A stretch of DNA of 64,000 nucleotides from Azolla caroliniana (GCA_043228905.1 JBHGNT010000012.1:4836001-4900000); one strand, 5' to 3'. Counted from the stretch's first letter, positions 39,303 through 52,195 are shown. Numbers and translations are program-made. The notes: a model not told the origin generated them from the letters alone.

Positions 39303-42300
39303 TCAAGCAGCAGTGCAAGTCACCTCCTTCATAGAAGAAACTCTCTCAAACTCGGCTTCCAGGAGCTCGCCATCATGATCCGTATCCTATCCAGAATATC
39401 GTGAGATTTTTACATATCACAATATGTACGTATTGTCTCTTTAAGTTGTGCACATAGACAGGGGCAAAGCCGTGAATTACACACATAAAACTTCTCTACT
39501 AGTTTAATTTAGAGATTTAAACTTCATAGAGAATAATACATGGAAGCTTTAGAGCCTTTGCTTCATCAGGTGGGTCAACCTTTTTAAGCACTCTAAAGGC
39601 TTTCAGGATGAAGTTCTAAACTTCCCTGAGCTCTTAAAATAACAATAATAATAAATCTTACCAGTTCAAAAAACCACGCCATTGCCTTATCCTTTGGCAC
39701 TTTAACTCCGTAGTTTTTGCTTAGTCGTTCAACAAACTCATATGGACCGAGATGTCCAGGTTTTGAAGGCTTCAGATGCCGATAAGGGCACAAGCACTTC
39801 AGTCTTTGAGAGAAGATTTCAACAAATTTGCAGGAGTGATCAAGTAAGGATGCTGCATTGTCTTCTTTGGCCCTGCCAATAATCTACAGAAGAAAAAACA
39901 AACAATCCAGATTGTAAAAAAATGACATTTCTGCAATACATGTTTTCAAGGACATGTACATACATATGTATACCTTTGCAGGACAGCCTACTGCAGTTGC
40001 AAATGGAGGAATATCATTCAAAACAACAGCCGATGCACCTATTTTTGCACCATCGCCGATGTTAACATTACCCAGAATGCTTGCACCTGCCCCAACAAGG
40101 ACCTGTTGTGCATGTAAAAATAAACAAACAAGAACAATTAGCCCAAAAAATGTGAGTGCATTTGTTTCTACATGCATCAGCCAAGAGTCTTTTGATGCTT
40201 CCCACTGGTTTCTATTTTGACAAGATATTTGTTGGTAGATTCACAGGCTTAAGTTTTCGGAGTTTGCTTTAAGCCATACAAGGCTCTGGGAAATCTACAG
40301 ACCCTGTTTTACTACCTTGAAATTTCAGAACCTGCAGGTTGTTCTACATAAACTTCCTCTCAAGTCACCCTTAAGGGAGACTTACTTGACATCAATTTGA
40401 AATAAGTGGATGATCAGGGTCTGTCCACTCCTCCCTCGATGCTAGGTGAGGATCGAATGAAAGGGAAAACATAAAAAAGAAGTGGACAAGGCAGTTGGCT
40501 GCTAAGAGGACCTCTTTAGGGTGGGAAAAAGGACTATAGGTGTGTCCTCATTGTAAGAAATCGCGCTGATGTTGTAGAGATCTCACAACTTTGATGCCAT
40601 GTGAGGAAAGTTATTTGACAGCAGCAGCAGAACAAAGTTAGAAGAAGCAATAGATACACACGGCCAAGCAGCCTATGTTTGTAATTGTACGAACAAAATT
40701 GGGTTGTTTACACAAGTGGCAAGAATAGCTGAGCTATACAAAGTAAAGATGTGGTAGGTGAAGTGGTTGTCTGGTAGCTGAGTGATTGTTGGAGTACCAA
40801 ACACTTACAATGAAGTTATAAATAACTAAGCAGTAAAATCTTAGTTGATAATATATTCTAGAGAGAATTAGGACAGAGTGTGTAGTTCAAGAGCTTCACC
40901 CTCCAATTTTTCCTATATAAGAATGTAATTGTAAAGCTTGTGTTTTGCAGTCTTATGAGGGTGTAGATTGAAGTCTTCAGCAACAGATGATGAGGCTGCA
41001 TTCATTATAAAGCTTATTACGTTTTAGCCTTGAGATCACCCATTTCCTCCTACAAAGAAAATGCATTCAAATGAACTTAACAAACCCAAGGTTTGAAAAG
41101 GATATCAATAAAAAGTGTTTAATATTTTTTGATTGAAATCATGCATACAGTCCCTTTGCGACTATAAAGAGAATGGCTCCTACCATCCCTTCGCTCTTCT
41201 AGAAAAAATCATTAATGCATTTAGTTCAAAACCATGCACACAACCCCTTTGTTTCTATAAAGGAAATGGCTTTAAGAATTCACTTTCCACAACCCAATGG
41301 CATTAAAATTTCTTCACATTTTTGGTTTGACGTCGTGCACACTATATGTTTGCTCCTAAACAATTACTTCGCAAAAAAACACTTTCCATAACCAACAGGG
41401 TGAAACAAATCATGGTTTGGAATTCAGGTTATTACATCAGAGAACACATTTATGCAAAGAATTCCAAAATTGCAACAAATTAGAGGAGGGATTAAACCCA
41501 GTTTATAAGAGAGAAATTGGAGAGAGGGAAAAATAGCACTCACATTTATGCCAAGCTTTGGATGCCGATCACCTTGTTGCTTGCCATTACCGCCTAATGT
41601 GACAGCATGCAGTAAGGTGCATCCATTGCTGACTCTTGCAGTCTCTCCGATGACCACACCCGTGGCATGATCGATCATAATGCTGCTTCCGAGCTGGGCG
41701 GCTGGATGGATATCCATCCCAAACACTTCAGAAATTCGACTTTGAAGAAGGCTGGCCATTGATTTGTAGCCATTTCTCCATAGCCAATTTGAAGCTCTGT
41801 ACGCTTGGATGCCATGGAACCCTTTGAAATACAGGAAAGCATGGCCTAGAGAAGGGCATGCTGGATCCCTTTCCTGAAAAAATATAGAAAGAAGTACACA
41901 AAAAAGGAATAAGATGGCTCCCATCCCTGGAAAAATAGACATAAAACAAAAAATGGACATAAGATATCTCTAAACATATTCAATATGGGATTCTTTTTTA
42001 AAGCATGGCCCAAGGAAGAGACGAAATGTGAGTCACTTTCTTGAAGAATATACGCAAAAATGCTCTCAAGTAATATATGCAAATATGCAAAGTAGAGAAA
42101 AACATTTGTCCCTTTCATGAAAACGAGATACACAAAAAAACAAACACTCTTGAAACACATTCCAATGCATGAAATCTTTTAAAAAGCAGAGAAAAGCATG
42201 TGGCCCAAGGAAAGGTTGACCTTTCGTCCCTTTTCTGAAAAGGGAAAAACAAAGACACAAGGATACAAAATGCTCTGAACCATTGTCTTTATGAAATGCT

Positions 42301-43634
42301 TAGCAAAAGACTCGAGCTTTACTGAGCTTATTGAAGTCTTCTCAAATCATCATACATCCTTTGGTATTTGAAAGAAATCAAAGGTAACTATGACTTCAAA
42401 AATCCTAAAATGCTAAAAGATTGCTGTAGCTACTATTCTTAGGCTTGAACAATGAAAACCTGAAACCCTGCAATGGGTTTATGACCTTAATTTGCCAAGA
42501 AAAAGGCGTGACTTGTTTATTCAAATCACAAATTAATCAATATATCAAACATATCTACTATATTCTTTATACATCTAAAGTCTGAAATCCCTCCCCCTGA
42601 CACTAATAAAATATCAGTGTGATACGGAACAGATTTCATTTCAGAGAAACAAATATCAAGTAGAAAATTCCAAAACCTACTAAATGGTGGTTATAAAACA
42701 AAACAACTTTTGATTTAGCAGAAAACAGGAGTATGCTGAAATATTTTGCCATTAAACCTCTCAATGTCTAAAACCTCGAGCTCTAATAAACTACAATTAT
42801 AGCAAAACAAAACCTCCACTAATGAAAATTAAAAAGATTCCAAAACCTACTAAATGGTTGTTATAAAACTTTTGATTTAGCAGAAAACAGGAGTATGCTG
42901 AAATATTTTACTATTCAACCCCTCAATGTCTAAAACCTCGACCTCTAATGAACTGCAATTATAGCAAAACAAAATCTGCACTAATGAAAATTAAAAATAT
43001 TTAAGAGGAAGATACTAATAAATGAACAATTATACTCTACTCTTTGCGCTGAGAGAGCCCTAGTCCAAACCCATATAAAAATTTATACAATACAACCCAG
43101 CTTCCATTTTGCCAAATTAACAAGACCTGAACAATAACATGTTGCTCAAGTAACCCTACCAAAAGTCCAATACAATACAACACAGGTTTCATTTTAGCAA
43201 TTTACTAAGAATTATGCAGTTTTTCATAACCTAACACTCACCGTAATCAAATATCATTACTGTACGATTTCGCAAGATTGAAACAGACACATATGACTAA
43301 CCTTGATTGCCATCAGGTCCTTTCTCACGATATCATGGACGGATTCTCCAGACCAAGAGGATCCTTTGGTGAAGCAAGAAAGAAGCAGGGATCTCCATCT
43401 CTCAAAAGGAACGGAATCAGAGCTGAGCTTCGAAGCAAGATGAGCGGAAAGAGATTCATCCAAGCTTCTCCACCGAAGGATAGAGTTCTGCAGAGAACCA
43501 TTCAGAATGGCCCTAATTTCTTCAGTATCAACAGCATCCAGAACCATGTCTAAATCTTTATCCACGGGTCCTCCTTCGCTGTTCATGGCCTCCGCGTCAT
43601 TTCTGATCTCTTGCCAGATACAGTCACTAGCCAT
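39303..43634 (-). CDS. SERAT: Serine O-acetyltransferase (SERAT/CysE family) with a C-terminal EF-hand-like extension, 5 exons, ~365 aa
   Basis: Phase-0 GT-AG exons: 43634-43302, 41873-41544, 40102-39974, 39883-39662, 39386-39303. Motifs ERDPAC, YFKGFHGIQAYR, DIHPAA, IDHATGVVIGETA, VTLGG, GDRHPK, GAGASILG and TAVGCPAKIIG. Exons 4-5 add ...AMAWFFEL|DTDHDGELLEAEFERV...TCTAA*. The last exon is less certain than the first four. Confidence 0.88.
42667..42997. repeat. Tandem duplication, ~170-bp unit x2, in SERAT intron 1
   Basis: attccaaaacctactaaatggt.gttataaaac... at 42667 and 42837. Confidence 0.88.
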
Positions 43635-43654
43635 TGAGGGAAGGGGGGGGATAC

Positions 43655-43685
<31 letters not shown>

Positions 43686-44023
43686 ATGTCTGTGTGTGAG
43701 CGTTGTAAGCTGTGCAATGGTGCGTGGCTATGGCGAACTTGCAGGTTTTTATATATTGCAGAAGAAGAATCCGCCTGTTTTTGGAAAAGAAGAGAAAAGA
43801 AGCAGAAGCCGTCTCTGTCGTAGAGAGAGAGAGAGAGAGAGAATGGTTTTACAAAATTCGTCCAATACCCTCGGCTTGGGAACAAGAAACGTGGAGTGCA
43901 CTCCACCTCACACATGCCCTCTCACAAGCATTCAGATGAGATAAACACACATCTGGGTGTGTTGCCACGTATCGCTCACTGATCCGTCACTTTCTCATTG
44001 CCACACTTTATAGTTCGCTTCGA

Positions 44024-44200
44024 GAGTCTCGAGTCCTTGTGAGCCTTTGAGTTCAAATTTGAGTCGAAGTCTGAGTTTTTTATCTCGTTGACATGACATT
44101 CAGCTTTGAGTTTGAGTTTGGGTCCGAGTCTGACTCTGAGTCTAAGTTTGAGTTTGAGTTTGAGTTTGAGTCTAGGTATGGGGTTAAACTGAGTCTGGAA
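44024..44200. repeat. Degenerate (TTTGAG)n hexamer array upstream of SERAT
   Basis: Repeated tttgag/tctgag units, best preserved at 44105-44172. Confidence 0.7.
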
Positions 44201-47200
44201 CTGTCAACAATAGAGAGAAATGGTGGCCAATTAGCCAGTTAGCCAAGTTCTTGGAAGTGGTTTGCCATGTTTGCCCTTTAGGCCCTCAAACAAGGAGAAT
44301 AATGTATATGTCATTTTATGGATTTTATGAAGGCTTGTAATAGTATTGTGTGCTTCACTGCTTAGCTCATGTTGTGACTATAGGTTCTTGGTGTCTTAGT
44401 AGATATAAATAGGGAATTTATGCACTAGATGTGTTAGAATCAAAACAAGTATATGCTCTTGATGAGTTGGTAGAGGTTGTGGTTGTGATTACCACAATTG
44501 GAGCCTGGAGGAGGGAAACAAGGACATCCCCTCTCTTTCATTTTTATGCAAACGAGTTATCTACTTGCATAATACAAAGATTTAATCATATCACAGTACT
44601 TTGAATGTCGTTGTGGTGGTTACCTTGAAAACCTTGAAAATCTCCAAAGTTGTCTACATGCGGTAAACCTTGAAAACTAGAGGGGCAATGTTTGACACAC
44701 TAAAGCTTGGATAGCAAGACCACAAAGCATATTGGTAGAGGAAAAGTGTGTCATAATCATGATCATATGCATACCAAAGATTAACATTCATGGCCTAGTT
44801 TCCCCCTACATGAAGATATAGGTGCTTGATTTATGGATATGCAACATTTAGTGGCATTGAAAGACATATGTATTGTACAAACGCAAATTTGAGGTTGTTT
44901 GATGCAATTGTAACAATAGGCTTCTAGTGATAATGGCTAGGCTTCATGAATTATGTTTTCCAATGCGTTGTTGAGGGTAGGGACAATAAAAACAAAGGAA
45001 GAATCAAGTGCAATGATAAAATGGCAAAAGAATATCTCGCATTCCAAGATTGACATAGATATACTCCAAGACTTTACAACCTCACAAACGACACCTTATC
45101 ACACAACCTCACAATCTTCACACTCCCCATAACCTTATGGTCCTTAATTGCTTGGTTATCAAGGATGGGGCTCTCAAAGACATCGACAACATCCTTGTAC
45201 TTTGCAAGGAGCTTGTCACAATGCATTGAATGTTAAGGAATTGGTGGGGGTGACCAATCGTTATGCATTGGCCACCCAAATTCTAGTAAATTGATTCTTA
45301 GGATCCACTTCCATGCATTTGTCAATGCTAAGTTGCTTAATAGCTTTGTAAGCATATAACACACTTGCTCTATTTTCAAACAATTTATTAATGAAGAATT
45401 GGATGCATTAAGAAATTTGTGTGCCTTTTGATTTTGCATTTTGCATTTTTCTTTGGGTTGTCATGGCGTGCACTATGTTGACTTTATGATGAGCTCACTC
45501 TTCACGTATTGCTCTTAATCTTTCCTTTTAGTAAACCAATGCTTGAGATCCACGTGTCATGCATTTGGCCAATGATAAATTGCGTAATAATTGGTCATTC
45601 ATATAATTGACTTTATCTATTTTTTCAACGTTCATTATTGATTAAAAAATGAAAGTGTTAAGAAAAGATTGTGTATTGCAACTTTAACCTAGCCATTTCT
45701 TTAATTTTTCTTTGTCACACTACCTGTTGACTTTATGAGATTCTTACACTTCAATTATTGTTCTTCATCTCTTATTGTAGTGACTCAAAATGGTTGTACT
45801 CAACTTACTCCACATAATCTTTTTGAGTATAACTAGATTAACATTGGTTGATTACTAAATTTAACTAAATCTTATGTGATCGTTAAATTTTAGTCCAAGT
45901 TCCAACTCAAGGTCAGGTGAGAAAAATAAGGTTCATTGTAGGTTGTAATATCATTATAACTTAGGACAATGAAGAATTGTACTATATAATGTCCCCATTT
46001 CACTACTACATGGGTTGCAATCTTCAATTTCTATAGATCTTGTGATTTGAATGAAATTTGTTTGATCTATTGAGCCTATAGATGAAGTAAGGTTATATGA
46101 TATTCAAACATGATTATGGATTTTGGCGTTTTTAATCTAAAGGATATTACATAAAGGTTATCAACTATTCACACAGTCATATTAAAAGAATTAGGATTTG
46201 TGTCGTTGAAATATCAAGCTCAATGATCCAACACGTGTGTGATCCTATAAGTAGTGAATGCATGTATGTGGGTCAATTGTGAAACACGTGTATAATCAAA
46301 CACTTGGTGGATGTCCGAGTGTGCATTATAATCCACTCACATACTCTCTTCTCATAACTAGTGTTTTTTTTTTTCCCCAAAAAAACTCCCTCCATTAGTT
46401 ATAAAATTTTACAAATGAAACGATTATGTACAAATCCCTGTAGGGACGCGATAGTTCCATCTTATGTGGATGCCCACTAACTCAAGAAAGGGAGAGGACG
46501 ACCATTGTTGGATGAAGGCTATTCGTTGTCTTTCAACTCCATCGGAGCCGCCTTTGAGGCCATCATATTGGCTCTTTAGAGTGGCTACAATTTCACTCCA
46601 TATCTCTTGCAGTAACCTTGTTGGATGTGCGGTTTGGTTGGAGAAGACTCGCCTACATCGTTGTTTCCATAAAATCCAAAAAGTTATTGGGTTAACCAAT
46701 TCCAACACCTCTTCAGATTTGTCATTAAGAGGAGTGGAGTGGACATTGCCGCTGGAGGAGAAAAAGACCTCTTGTGCTTTTATCACCAAAGTCATCCCCT
46801 CCTCCTGATGCTCGTATCTGCCAACTGGGGTCTGCCATGATAACCAACATATATTTCCCCACTTGATTGAGCCTTGCACCTGGCATAATTGCAACAAGCG
46901 GCCAACCCCCTGCCATATTCGATGGGACGTTGGGCAGTCCCATAGAGCGTGTCGTATTGATTCTATTGTATGTGGGCACTCTACACAATTAGGAGAGCTA
47001 AGGTTCCCACGTTGCCATGCTCCCACCAGTAAGGACTTATGTATTAATAGCCATTGGAACGTGGTAATTCGCCTCACGTGTTGTTGTTTCCAGATTTTTT
47101 GCCAAAACTTGGTGATTATTGTGGGAGGAACTTGAAATGTGTGCCAGACCTTCGCAGCAGTCGACTCTCGGGCAGTTTGAGCAGCTAGAATGTGGCGACC

Positions 47201-47510
47201 CAATCTAGTTGTGAATTGGAAGAAAGGGATGGGTTTGCTTCCTTGTCCCGCGTAAGGATCACGCAATGTCCATTGCAAAGGGTCCCAACTTACCTTATGT
47301 AGCCATGTGTTTTCATGAGTACATATGTGCCAATCAGGTTGTACTTTGATCAGATCAGGATCTACAATCCATTTGTGACCAATATACACGAGTACTCGAA
47401 TTGCGTTATTCTGTGTTGGTGTCTCAGTGTCTCGCAATTCAAAGCCTTCGAGCCTTTCTGGTGGTCCCCTACCTTTTGGGATAAGAGATCCCTCCTCCTC
47501 GTGGCCTATC

Positions 47511-47954
47511 TGTCAGAACCAAGGATAAAAGATAGAGTGATGGAAGAAGGATATTAGAGAACACGAGAAGAAAGGAACCAAATAGTAAGAGAAGAATGGA
47601 TGTATAAGATAGAGAAAGAAAGAGAATGGATACAAGATATGTAATGAGAGCTAAAGACTGGTGTTGATTCGAATTGATTTGAGAATACATGTATGCCCTT
47701 ATTTATAGGTTCCTATAGAATAGCTTAGAGATTTCTAGAATGTTCTAGAATGTTCTAGACCTAGAATGCTCTAGGACATTCTAGAACATTCTAGAATAAT
47801 CTAGAGTTTTTACAATAATCAATGTAGTACAAGAAGTAGCATTTATTGTTTCATATAACAATAAGCTATCTTAATGGTTGAGGTTTTCAAGTATGGATTA
47901 CAAGGTTCAAGGTTCAAGTCTCGGTGACGCCATAATGGTCATGTGTTCATGACA
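47511..47954 (-). mobile_element. Solo LTR inserted in the LINE
   Basis: tgtca...tgaca ends, 5-bp TSD CTATC (47506-47510 and 47955-47959), 444 bp, TATAAATA on the minus strand at 47707-47700. Confidence 0.9.
47733..47796. promoter_or_regulatory. Heat-shock element (nGAAn) arrays in the solo LTR
   Basis: TTCtaGAAtgTTCtaGAAtgTTC (47733-47755) and TTCtaGAAcaTTCtaGAA (47779-47796), immediately upstream of the TATA box. Confidence 0.7.
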
Positions 47955-50900
47955 CTATCCATTTCTCCATTGTCTTCCTTTGAGTAGCATATTCCTTAAT
48001 CAGTAGAGCATTAATGATTTCCGATCTCATAGTCCATCCGCCCCTGATTCCATGGAGTATGTTGGCCTGATCTTGTAGTGGCAATGACATAAACGGTCAC
48101 CAACATTCTATACTTTTTCCTAGACCTTCTGCAATGTATCCCCATGACAACCCCTTACACGATCCCAATAGTTGATTAGATTCATCCTTGATACATGGGT
48201 TCCATAGGATAAGTTGACTGAGCCAGGCAGGTTCAGATCTCAGTTGATCACACTTGAGCCCTTAACGAATGTCACACCATGCCTTCCACATGGATGCACT
48301 GAATCTATCCCCCAATTGAAAGGAGAAACTAGGTTTGAGATCCATGTTTAGAATCCATCTTGTTTGGGGGGCCCAATTGACCCCTTTTCGTGGCCTAAAG
48401 TAAGCAAAACATAACTGCAGTAGCATTTTCCAACAGTCATTTCCTGGTTGGAGTCCTCGCACCACAAATTTGGCAAGTAAGGCTTTCGATTGTGAAAGGG
48501 GATCAATAAGACCCAATCCCCCTCTCGACTTAGGCGTTGTGAGTATAGGCCACACCACCTTGCCGCGAGCTACATGGTCTTCCTTACTAGACCAAATGTA
48601 GTTGTGGACTAATCGTTGAATCTGATGTATACTTTGCCAGCATGATAGATTGTACCATGTTGTTGCAAGTAGTACATGATTTGCCATTATGATGCGACCC
48701 GTTAGCGACAATTTTTTCGAGCTCCAATGTATCAACTTTTGTCGAATGGAATGGATAACGGGTGCAATCATAATCTCCGGCAGTATGTTGAAACCAATTT
48801 GGAAACCCAAATATTTGGTGCTCGCTCCTTGATTGATCCATTTGAAAGCGGGATGTGGGTGCCACGCTGGATGTGTTTCCTAAGAGAGCCATATTGCGCA
48901 GGATTTGTGCCAATTGATCATGGCATTGGATATATTGCAAAATACGGCTAGCCCACTTTCTAGCTTTTGGAGGTTTTCCAAGTCCCTTTGCAGGTAGACC
49001 GCCGTGTCATCTACAAATTCTATATCCAGGATGCTTTGGTGAGAATGAGGTACGGGAAGACCACGTAGGTTGAGATGTCGTGAGTTGAGAAAGCAAGAGA
49101 GTGCTTCGGCGTATAATAGAAATAAGGATGGAGCTAGTGGGCATGCTTATCGTACAGATCGAGATATTCGGAAAAAGGGGCCCCTTTCACTTGCCAGTGA
49201 AACGGAGCTGTTGCCATTCCTATAAAGTCCTGCAATGCCTTTGATCCATGTCTCTTGAAAGCCGAGTTTCCTCATCACACTTTCTAGAAAGTTCTAGCAT
49301 ACCCTGTCGTATGTTCTCTCAAAATCTAGTAGCACCACCGCTACCTTGTTGTTAGTATGCTTGGCAAGGGCTACTGCTTCCCAGAATGAGAAGAGGTTGT
49401 CTAGGATGCTCCGATTTCTAACGAACCCTATCTGGGACGGATGAATGAGTTGAGGGAGAAGTGGTGTTAAATGGAGTGCCACGATTTTTGCGAGCAACTT
49501 ATAGACAATATTGAGAAGAGTTATGGGTTGCCACTTGTGAATGTCGTTGGCATTCCCATCACTTTTAGGAATGAGATGTATCATCCCCTATCCAAATTCC
49601 TCCGACATGCTTCCCGAGGTGATGATCTCCTCATATGCCTGGAGGAGGACTTCTTTAATAGTGTCCCAAAGGCATGTGAAAAAATGCGGGGTGAGGCCAT
49701 TGATTCCGGGGCAACTATCAGCATCTAAATCAATGAGGGCCACCCATATCTCGATGATTGATAGGGGACGCACAAGCCATGTATTCATTTCCGACATGAC
49801 TTTCTTGGGTATGCTTTGGAGGATAATATCTTCTCTTATGTCTTCCCCTGTAGCTATAACGTATTTGGTAAGTAGGCGGTTATAGTAACTGGTGGCAATA
49901 TTCCTCATTTCGTCGCCATCCTTAGTGGTCATTCCATCCTCTTAGTTGAGGCTACACATCACAATTCTAGCGTGCCTCGGGCCTTTGGAGTGGAAGAATT
50001 CCTTCGTGGTTTTGTCCCCTACTCAAATCCATCGCGCCATGCTTCCATGAAACTCCATGTCATATATTTCCTTTTCCGCCATGCTAAGTTCATGTTTGAC
50101 CGTGGCGACTTGTCCTACGATCCAAATACATGACGAGTATCTCTGTTGGAGTCGTTGTAAGGCTATTAGTCCCCGTTTTGTCCTCTATCGCTTCTCCTGA
50201 GCATCCTTGCTTCTAGTCTTGACAATCTCATGTAGGAGAGTTGAAGCTCTTGTTAATTTAGCTAGAAGTTTGTCAGATGTTGTCTCATAACCAGTGTTGG
50301 GCAATGTTTTTAATTCCTACCGGAAATTTTTCCTACTCATTAACCGAACTAGATTTTAAAATTTTTACCATACCATTTTCTTATGAGTGTTTAGGTTTGG
50401 ACTTCTTGAAACTAAATACTAAATCATATAACATGAACATTATGTAGCAAAATTAACTAAAATCTTTCCAGATTTCACACAATGGCAACTATGGTAGTGC
50501 ACTATTGAGATACTTGTAAACTTCAATTCTCTAAGCATCCTTCATAAATAAGGAATGAAATAAAAAATCCTTGCAATGGCAAAAGACAACAAAAAATGTA
50601 AAGGGAATGTCTTAGAGTGTGATGTCAAAGGCATTAGAAAATTACTGAATTTCCATGCAAGGTCTCAACATTTCCAGAAAATTGCATAATTTCCAATACT
50701 GAAACATTTGCAGATTATGAAATTTGTTGAATTTCCATTTAAGATCTTTGCACATCTCTCCCTAAGGTTTAATTCCTCTTTCATGATATGAAAAGGCAAC
50801 ACAAGTAGCATGCCAATGTTGGGTTGAGTAAAACAAATTACTTTTTGGATAGGTTGGGGGAAACTTGATCTATAGAGGTGTTTAGAGATATTCCGAGAGG

Positions 50901-52195
50901 CTTTAAGTTAGAACTCAACGTACATTGTAATGGAGACAACATATCTAACAATAATATAAATAGGGATTACCGGCATTGACAACACTTAATGAGGTAGGGT
51001 TTCTCAATAGAATTTTCTAGGTGCATTTTAGGTTCTCTCTTGAGGATGCTCTCTCATACAATAAGAGGATCACATGTAGGGTTCTTATTATTAGATTGTG
51101 AAGGACGAGAAAATATTTTTCAAAAGGATTTTTCCCCTACCCTAACTCTTATATTTGGATCTATTTTTTTTCCAAAGTAGTATATATGGATCTTTACTCC
51201 ATGTAGTGACACGATCTCCTCGATATTTGTTACAAACAACCTCTTAGAGATCTTTTCGCTAAGTTACGCATGCACATATGAAACATGAGTGTGTCCACTA
51301 GGGACTAAACCACAAAGGGTGGGTTGCAAATTAGAATTGTTGTGTTGGGGACTTCATGCTACCTGTCGGTGTTTGGTTTAGGGTGGAAATCAACACTTAA
51401 TGATAGTAACCTTATTGGGAAATACATTTTTTCTAACTCTATAAGTGCAAGGTTGGAGAATAAAAAATGGTCACAAGAATATTATAAAACTATTCGTTTT
51501 CTTTTATTTATTAAAAAAAACAAATATTTCTACATGTATTATATTTATCCCTTTATTTATTTATTCTAAAAATGTTTTATAGAAATACTAATATGATTAC
51601 TATCAAGTTCCGTTTTAAATGTGAGATAAAAATATTCACAAGATTTAGGAGAGTAAAAAGGGGGGAATTATTGAACCTTTATTTATTATTAAAAAAACAA
51701 ATTATTTTACATCTATTATTAAAGTATGTTTAGTGTCAAGTCCCCTTTTTATTGTCTAAGTCCCTTTTTTATATCTGGGAAACTATTTGTATTTGTATGC
51801 ATTCGTGAAGGAGGCCCCACGAATGCATATATGTCAATCTATGAATACATCTATGTGCCACATTAAGCCTACACATTGTTATTTTATTACTTATCTGAAT
51901 GCTTGTTGTGGAGAAGATTTGTGGGAGGAGAAGGTTCCAACTTCTCCCTTGATAATTGGAATCATGATTTGAAAATTCCGTTGTGACTCTTCAAGCAAAA
52001 TCTTCATGTTGGTGTAACGAAGTTTCTGAGACAACAATCCATGTTTTTTTTACCCTTGTATCCTTGGATCCTCATATTCTATTTATTCATAACCTAACCA
52101 TCTATGCTAGAGGCCTACCTATAACCTAAGTTGATAGTTGATTATCTTTCATCTTCCAACACTACCAACATCGATCCTTCCACCATAGCCATGAA

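Larger units (their letters stand above)
46366..50282 (-). mobile_element. 5'-truncated L1-type LINE retrotransposon (degenerate ORF2)
   Basis: TSD tctcataac(t/c)agtgtt at 46350-46365 and 50283-50298, with poly(T) at 46364-46374 as the poly(A) tail on the minus strand. RT motifs (CPGING, PITLLN..YKLLAK, LLDFE.TYD, PKSRGGLG) and zf-RVT (CVEC...ESIRHALWDC) plus W.LWK.R at 46424-47437. Confidence 0.92.

Noticed and set aside
46424-47437. 337-aa ORF as a domesticated gene driven by the solo LTR
   Set aside because: The ORF-track start is TTG and the first in-frame ATG is far downstream, past the zinc finger. It is simply the intact tail of LINE ORF2.
50283-50990. Putative hAT element starting cagtgttgg at 50292
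   Set aside because: That sequence is part of the LINE's target-site duplication, and no matching TIR with an 8-bp TSD was found.
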